Source of the DNA: Thermoplasmata archaeon
GTDB lineage: Archaea; Thermoplasmatota; Thermoplasmata; RBG-16-68-12
Assembly (NCBI GenBank): GCA_036393695.1
Contig: DASWGO010000292.1
Location: 1 to 30,394 of the forward strand
DNA length: 30,394 nucleotides
Reading direction: 5' to 3'
The notes beneath the pieces are model-generated. The model made no database searches. It was not told the origin of the DNA and saw only the letters and a program-made list of their open reading frames with translations. The translations under genes and the position numbers were made by a program. Shown here in pieces: positions 25,411 through 30,394 of this stretch. The stretch's first letter is position 1; every line of letters starts with the position of its first letter.

Positions 25411-26511
25411 ATGATCCCGATCGCTCGCCCGATCCTCGGCGAAGAGGAACTCGCGGCGGTGCGTGAGGTCCTCGCGTCCGGGATGCTCGCCCAAGGCCCG
25501 AAGGTGGAGGCGTTCGAGAAGGCCTTCGCCAAGGACCTCGGCCGGAAGCATGCGATCGCCGTCACGAACGGCACCGCGGCTCTCCATGTCGCCCTGCTCG
25601 CGCACGGCATCGGTTCGGGGCAGGAGGTCGTCATCCCGCCCCTGACGTTCTTCGCGACCGCGTCGACGGTCCTCTTGTGCGGCGCGAAGCCGGTCTTCGT
25701 CGACATCGATCGGTCGTCCTACAACATGGACCCCGCGAAGGTCGCTCCCGTCATCACGCGCAAGACCGCAGCGGTCATGCCCGTCCATCTGTACGGCCAA
25801 ACCGCCGAGATGGACCCGATCCTCGCCGCCGCCCGGGACCGCGGCATCCCCGTCATCGAGGATGCCGCCCAGGCCGCCGGCGCGGAGTACCACGGCAAGA
25901 AGGCCGGCAACCTCGGCGACACCGCGTGCTTCTCGTTCTACGCCACGAAGAACATGACGACGGGCGAAGGCGGCATGATCGTCACCGACGACGACCGCAT
26001 CGCGGAGAGAGCCCGCCTCCTCCGGCATCACGGCCAGCCCATGAAGTACGAGCACGTCCTCGTCGGTTTCAATTATCGGATGACGGAAATCGCGGCCGCA
26101 ATCGGCCTCGCGCAGCTCGCGAAGCTCGACGGCTGGGTGAAGCAGCGGCGGGCGAACGCGCGGGCGCTGTCCAAGGGCCTCGACGGCATTGAGGGCCTCG
26201 TCCCGCCGTCCGAAGGCAATTGGATGGTCCATTCGTACTACCAATACATCGTCCGGCGGGAGGAGCCGTTCCCGCGGTCCCGGGACGAGATCGTCCAGGA
26301 TCTCACCGAGGACGGAATCGGCTGCCGGCCGTCGTATCCGATGCCGCTCTACAAACAGAAGGCCCTGCGGGATCTGAAGATCCGCGGTCGATGTCCCGTG
26401 GCCGAGGACGTCATCCCGGGTCTGTTCGAGCTCCCCGTCCACCCGGGCGTCGGTCCGGCAGAGGTCGAACGCATCGTCGCGGCGGTCGAGGGACTCGCGC
26501 GGCCGGACTAG
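25411..26511 (+). CDS. DegT/DnrJ/EryC1/StrS family PLP-dependent sugar aminotransferase (WbpE-like)
   Basis: NGTAALH, MPVHLYG, IEDAAQA, SFYATKNMTTGEGG (PLP lysine), GFNYRM. Confidence 0.95.
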   Translation: MIPIARPILGEEELAAVREVLASGMLAQGPKVEAFEKAFAKDLGRKHAIAVTNGTAALHVALLAHGIGSGQEVVIPPLTFFATASTVLLCGAKPVFVDIDRSSYNMDPAKVAPVITRKTAAVMPVHLYGQTAEMDPILAAARDRGIPVIEDAAQAAGAEYHGKKAGNLGDTACFSFYATKNMTTGEGGMIVTDDDRIAERARLLRHHGQPMKYEHVLVGFNYRMTEIAAAIGLAQLAKLDGWVKQRRANARALSKGLDGIEGLVPPSEGNWMVHSYYQYIVRREEPFPRSRDEIVQDLTEDGIGCRPSYPMPLYKQKALRDLKIRGRCPVAEDVIPGLFELPVHPGVGPAEVERIVAAVEGLARPD

Positions 26512-26564
26512 AGCGGCTCAGGACGCAAAGGGCAAAAGGCCTCGGTCCGGTTGTCTGGCCTGCG

Positions 26565-27218
26565 ATGGACCTCCAGGCGTTCCAGGCCGCGCTCCATGAC
26601 GGCGTCGAGAAAGAGCGATCCCTTCGATGGGCGGAGGCGGCGGACCTCTATGCGGAACTCGCCCGGACCTCCTCCGATCCGGCCATGCGGGCACTCGCCC
26701 TCCTGCGGCAAGGGAACGCGCTGATGGAACTTCGCCGGTGGGACGACGCGCGCACGGCCCTCGATGCGGGATTGCACGAGGCGAAGGCATCCGGCGAGCC
26801 GGGGCTCCTTGGCCAGGCGCTCCTTGCGGCCGGCGTCTTCGCCGCGAACCGGGACGATCCGAAGCGCGCGGAGGCGTTCCTGCTCGACGCCCTCGAGCGG
26901 TTCCATCGGAAGGACAACCGGGCGCACCTCCAGGGCCGCGGCTGGGCGTTCCTGAACCTGGCCAGCCTCTACGGGAAGACGGGGCGGCTCGACCTCGCGT
27001 TCGTCACCTTCACGAAGGCCCAGGACGTCCTCGGCGCGGCGGAGGACTGGGGCGGCGTCGCGGCCGCATGGGAGGCGCAAGCCCAGCTCCGACGAGCGAT
27101 TCACGATGAGGACCGCTGGCGCGAAGACCTCGCGGAGGCTGTCGTGTTCTACGATCGCGAGGGGATGACCGCGAAGGCGGGGCGGCTCCGCGCGCTGTTA
27201 GGAAAGAAAGTCGTGTGA
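26565..27218 (+). CDS. TPR-like helical repeat protein
   Basis: 217 aa from ATG 26565 with repeated TPR-like units (ALALLRQGNAL..ARTALDAGL; AFLNLASLYGKTGRLDLAFVTFTKAQDV). The track extension to 26220 overlaps the aminotransferase. Confidence 0.7.
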   Translation: MDLQAFQAALHDGVEKERSLRWAEAADLYAELARTSSDPAMRALALLRQGNALMELRRWDDARTALDAGLHEAKASGEPGLLGQALLAAGVFAANRDDPKRAEAFLLDALERFHRKDNRAHLQGRGWAFLNLASLYGKTGRLDLAFVTFTKAQDVLGAAEDWGGVAAAWEAQAQLRRAIHDEDRWREDLAEAVVFYDREGMTAKAGRLRALLGKKVV

Positions 27219-27329
27219 GGCCCTCCCACCTCGAGCCGCTGCCGTTCGAGCTGGGCCGCGGGTCTCGCCGGACGACGGAACTCCACCCCACCCTTCAAAT
27301 GTCGCGGACGTGTCTCGTCGACGATTCGC

Positions 27330-28121
27330 ATGCCGTTGCCCGCGATCGAGTTGCAGCAGCTCTGGAAATCGTACGACGGCCAGCCGGCCCTCCAAGGCCT
27401 CTCCCTCGAGGCGTACCCGAGCGAAATCCTCGGCCTCATCGGCCCGAACGGCGCCGGCAAGACGACGACGCTAAAGATCCTCGTCGGGTTGCTGCGGCCG
27501 GACTACGGGATCGTGCGGGTGCGAGGCCACGATGTCCTCGCGGATCCGGTTGGCTACAAGGCGGAGCTGGGCTACATGCCGGAGGCCCCGACCTTGCCCG
27601 AGTACCTGACGCCGACCGAGTTCCTCGGGTACGTCGGACGGATCCGGAATCTCCCGAAGGACCGGCTCGCTGCGCGGACGTCGGAACTCCTGAAGGTCCT
27701 CGACCTGACGCCGAAGGCTAACGAGACGATCGCCTCGTTGTCGAAGGGCATGAAGGCGAAAGTCGCGTTCGCGGCGGCGATCATCCACGAGCCCTCGATC
27801 CTCGTCCTCGACGAGCCGCTGATCGGCATCGATCCGGCGGGACAACATCTGCTCAAGGAGCGCCTCGCGACGATGGCCCACGCCGGCGCCACTGTCCTCG
27901 TCTCGACCCACCAGCTCGACACGGCCGAGCGCCTCTGCCGGCGCGTGGCGATCGTGAACCACGGGCGGAACGTGGCGACCGGCGACCTCGCGGCCCTCCG
28001 CGCCCAGGCGCAAACCGGGGAAGAGGGGAGCCTCGAAGACGTCTTCCTGAGGTTGACGCAAGAAGCCGCCGCGCCGGTCGTCGAAACCCCCCGACGCCGG
28101 GGCTGGTTCCGGAGAGGATAG
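27330..28121 (+). CDS. ABC transporter ATP-binding protein (ABC-2/DrrA-like)
   Basis: Walker A GPNGAGKTT, signature LSKGM, Walker B ILVLDEP, H-loop STH. Confidence 0.95.
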   Translation: MPLPAIELQQLWKSYDGQPALQGLSLEAYPSEILGLIGPNGAGKTTTLKILVGLLRPDYGIVRVRGHDVLADPVGYKAELGYMPEAPTLPEYLTPTEFLGYVGRIRNLPKDRLAARTSELLKVLDLTPKANETIASLSKGMKAKVAFAAAIIHEPSILVLDEPLIGIDPAGQHLLKERLATMAHAGATVLVSTHQLDTAERLCRRVAIVNHGRNVATGDLAALRAQAQTGEEGSLEDVFLRLTQEAAAPVVETPRRRGWFRRG

Positions 28122-28124
28122 GCC

Positions 28125-29666
28125 TTGGGTCGGACCTTCACCCTGTTCACCTACAAACTCCGGTTCTTCTTCGGGCCCGCCCTCCGGGGCCGGTTCGGGC
28201 CGCTCGGCTACCTCGCGTTGATCCTGATCTTCCTGCCGTCCGGTTTCGCCTTCGGCGTCACCCTCGGGAGCACCGTGAGGGACGCCGACCCGACCGCGGC
28301 GATTGACGTCCTGGCGGCTCCGCTGGCGGGCCTCCTGTCCTTCGGCCTGCTGTACGCCCTCGGCGCCGGCGTCACCGCCCATGCGTCGGAGTTCGACTTC
28401 TTCCTCACCGCCGATGTGCGTCCGCGGGAGTACCTCGTGGCGGACCTGCTCTTCCAGCTCGTCAGTCTGCTCGGGGCCGGCGGCCTCTCGGCGGCCGTCG
28501 CGGCGGTCGGCATGGCCGTCACGACGGGGCGACCGGCCGTCGCGGCCTTGCCGCTCTTCGCCCTCCTGATCGTGTACACGTTCTTCGTCTTGATGACGTC
28601 CCAGGTCCTCGTGATCCTGCGGGTCCGGTTCCCGAAACGCCCGGTCCGATTGGTAACCACAGCCCTCCTCATCCTCTCCCTCGTCCCGTCCGCCTCTCTC
28701 GCCGACCCCGCATTCCCGATCCGATTCGCGGATCTTCCGCTCCCCTCGACCGCATTTGCGGCGCTCGGTCTCGCGGTCCTCCGTGGCACGCCGTGGCCGA
28801 TCCTCGATGTCCTCCTCGCCCTGGCGTATGCGGGCGGAATCGCGGCCGCGTGGTACGCGCTCAGCAAGACATACATCGTCCACGGCTTGCGGCCGACGAT
28901 GTCCGCGGGATTCGGCCAGGTCGACATGGGCTCGCGAATGGAAATCCAGCGGCACATGACCGCTCGTCTCGGTGTAGTGACCACCCGCGTCCGCTTCCGG
29001 CCGGAGCGAGGCGGAGCCACGAGCCTCATGACGCGCCTCCACCTCGTCCGAATCTGGCGGGACGGGAGCATCCTCTTCGTCGCCCTCTTCGCCGTCATCG
29101 GAATCCTTTCATCGGGCGTCGGGCGCGGCGGGGCGAATCCGATCGGCGTCGTGGCGGTCTCTCAGTTGCTGACGTTCATCTTGGGTATCCTCGCGATGAA
29201 CTGGGCGTTCTACGAGCGCGAGAACATGTGGATTGTCCTGACCTCGGCGCAGGGACCCGGGGCGTATTTCCGCGGTCTCATGCTCAGCTTCGCGCTGATC
29301 GGCCTCGGGGTGACGGGCGCGTTCCTCGCCCTCCTGGCGGCGACCCATTCCCTCCGCCTCCCGATCGACAGCCTCGCGCTCTCCATCGCGTCTCCGATCG
29401 GCGGTGGATTCGTCGCCGCGGCGCTCCTCACGCGCATCAAGCTGAAGCCGTCCGCGTTGTCGTTTGCGGTCCTCGGGATTTTCTTCCTCGTGTCGTTGGG
29501 CGGCATCCTCGGCGGCCTCGCGGCCCAAGGCGTCGTCCTCGCGGCTCGCGCGATCGGGGTGTTCGCGGACGCCGCACAGGCGACCGTCCTCCTCGGCTTC
29601 CTCGTCGCCTTCGTGGCATTCGGATTGTGGACGGTGACCCGGCTCGCGGCCACGTTCCGCCTCTAA
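28125..29666 (+). CDS. Putative ABC exporter permease (12 or more TM)
   Basis: 513 aa highly hydrophobic protein directly after the ATPase; TTG start with GGAGAGG SD; two-half organisation. Confidence 0.78.
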   Translation: MGRTFTLFTYKLRFFFGPALRGRFGPLGYLALILIFLPSGFAFGVTLGSTVRDADPTAAIDVLAAPLAGLLSFGLLYALGAGVTAHASEFDFFLTADVRPREYLVADLLFQLVSLLGAGGLSAAVAAVGMAVTTGRPAVAALPLFALLIVYTFFVLMTSQVLVILRVRFPKRPVRLVTTALLILSLVPSASLADPAFPIRFADLPLPSTAFAALGLAVLRGTPWPILDVLLALAYAGGIAAAWYALSKTYIVHGLRPTMSAGFGQVDMGSRMEIQRHMTARLGVVTTRVRFRPERGGATSLMTRLHLVRIWRDGSILFVALFAVIGILSSGVGRGGANPIGVVAVSQLLTFILGILAMNWAFYERENMWIVLTSAQGPGAYFRGLMLSFALIGLGVTGAFLALLAATHSLRLPIDSLALSIASPIGGGFVAAALLTRIKLKPSALSFAVLGIFFLVSLGGILGGLAAQGVVLAARAIGVFADAAQATVLLGFLVAFVAFGLWTVTRLAATFRL

Positions 29667-29742
29667 GGTCTCCGGAGGAATCCGCCAAAACGTTCATGTA
29701 GCGCGGGTTCCTCGGACCGTCGGCCCAGGAGCACGGCCCCCG

Positions 29743-30394
29743 ATGTCTTCCGAATCCATCACCGTACCCACGCCCGCCGCGACTCCGGCCAAGGCCCCGC
29801 GGGCCGAGGACCGCATCGTCGTCGCGCGTCGCCTCGTGAAGACGTACGACAGCGGCGGCGGGGCCGTCCAGGCGCTCCGCGGCCTCGACCTCGACGTCCG
29901 CAAGGGGGAGATGGTCGCCGTGATGGGCCCGTCCGGCTGCGGCAAGACGACCCTCTTGAACTGCCTCTCCGGGATCGACGAGTTCACGTCCGGGGAAGTG
30001 TGGATCGCGGGCCAGCGCCTCTCGACCTTGAGCGACAACGGCAAGACCGATTTCCGCGCGATGAAGATGGGCTTCATCTTCCAGAACTACAACCTCTTGC
30101 CCGTCCTCAAGAGCGTGGAGAACGTCGAGCTGCCCCTCCTCGTCCGCGGGGACGATCCGAAGGAAGCGCGGCAGAAAGCGCTCGACGCCCTCGCCGCGGT
30201 CGGGCTGGACGACGTGGCGATGAAGAAACCCGCGGAGCTCTCCGGAGGGCAACAGCAGCGGGTCGCCATCGCCCGCGCCCTCGTCAACGAACCGGACATC
30301 GTCTTCGCGGACGAGCCGACCGGGAACCTCGACTCCGAGACGTCCCGGGAAGTCGTCGAGCTAATGAAGCGCCTGCATGCGAAGAAAGGGCTCA
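29743..30394 (+). CDS. ABC transporter ATP-binding protein, LolD/MacB/FtsE type (3' end outside the window)
   Basis: Not in the ORF track. My translation from ATG 29743 gives [47 protein letters not shown]; AGGAG SD. Confidence 0.93.
   Translation, partial: MSSESITVPTPAATPAKAPRAEDRIVVARRLVKTYDSGGGAVQALRGLDLDVRKGEMVAVMGPSGCGKTTLLNCLSGIDEFTSGEVWIAGQRLSTLSDNGKTDFRAMKMGFIFQNYNLLPVLKSVENVELPLLVRGDDPKEARQKALDALAAVGLDDVAMKKPAELSGGQQQRVAIARALVNEPDIVFADEPTGNLDSETSREVVELMKRLHAKKGL

Noticed and set aside
25408-30252. Long minus-strand ORFs (25408..26442, 26508..27104, 27471..29042, 29437..30252) and the 26220 extension of the TPR gene
   Set aside because: Antisense shadows of well-supported plus-strand genes in ~70% GC DNA; the extension overlaps the aminotransferase.
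1-30394. CRISPR arrays, tRNA/rRNA, IS elements, tandem repeats
   Set aside because: None seen by eye: the intergenic gaps are short (under about 200 nt) and show no periodic repeats, cloverleaf or terminal inverted repeats. tRNAscan-SE, Infernal or CRISPR finders would be needed to exclude them formally.

Overview
Archaeal, high-GC chromosomal window. The class-III PRPP synthetase, PAC2-family gene, archaeosortase, AglH/Alg7-type phosphotransferase, TATA-like promoters and GGTGA/GGAGG Shine-Dalgarno sites point to an archaeon; a Thermoplasmata-like lineage is my inference only. Left flank (about 70% GC): partial PAC2 proteasome-chaperone gene, a pmbA(tldE)/tldD pair, a small membrane protein and prs. 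Centre: an archaeosortase/exosortase gene with an intact Cys-Arg-His triad and a C-terminal C4HC3 RING-like zinc finger. It heads a ~20 kb lower-GC glycan cassette: 8 GT4s, 1 GT2, a Wzx-type flippase, an AglH-like initiator, a GT-C-like membrane protein, 2 polysaccharide deacetylases, a FemAB-like GNAT, a hexapeptide acyltransferase, a methyltransferase and a WbpD-like N-acetyltransferase. A DegT aminotransferase follows once GC rises again. Right flank: TPR protein, ABC ATPase plus permease, and a truncated LolD/MacB-type ATPase. I found no tRNA, rRNA, CRISPR array, integrase or IS. The best candidate for an undescribed system is the RING-fused archaeosortase linked to a glycan locus that resembles bacterial exosortase/PEP-CTERM EPS clusters. 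All family calls come from recognising motifs by eye; no searches were run.
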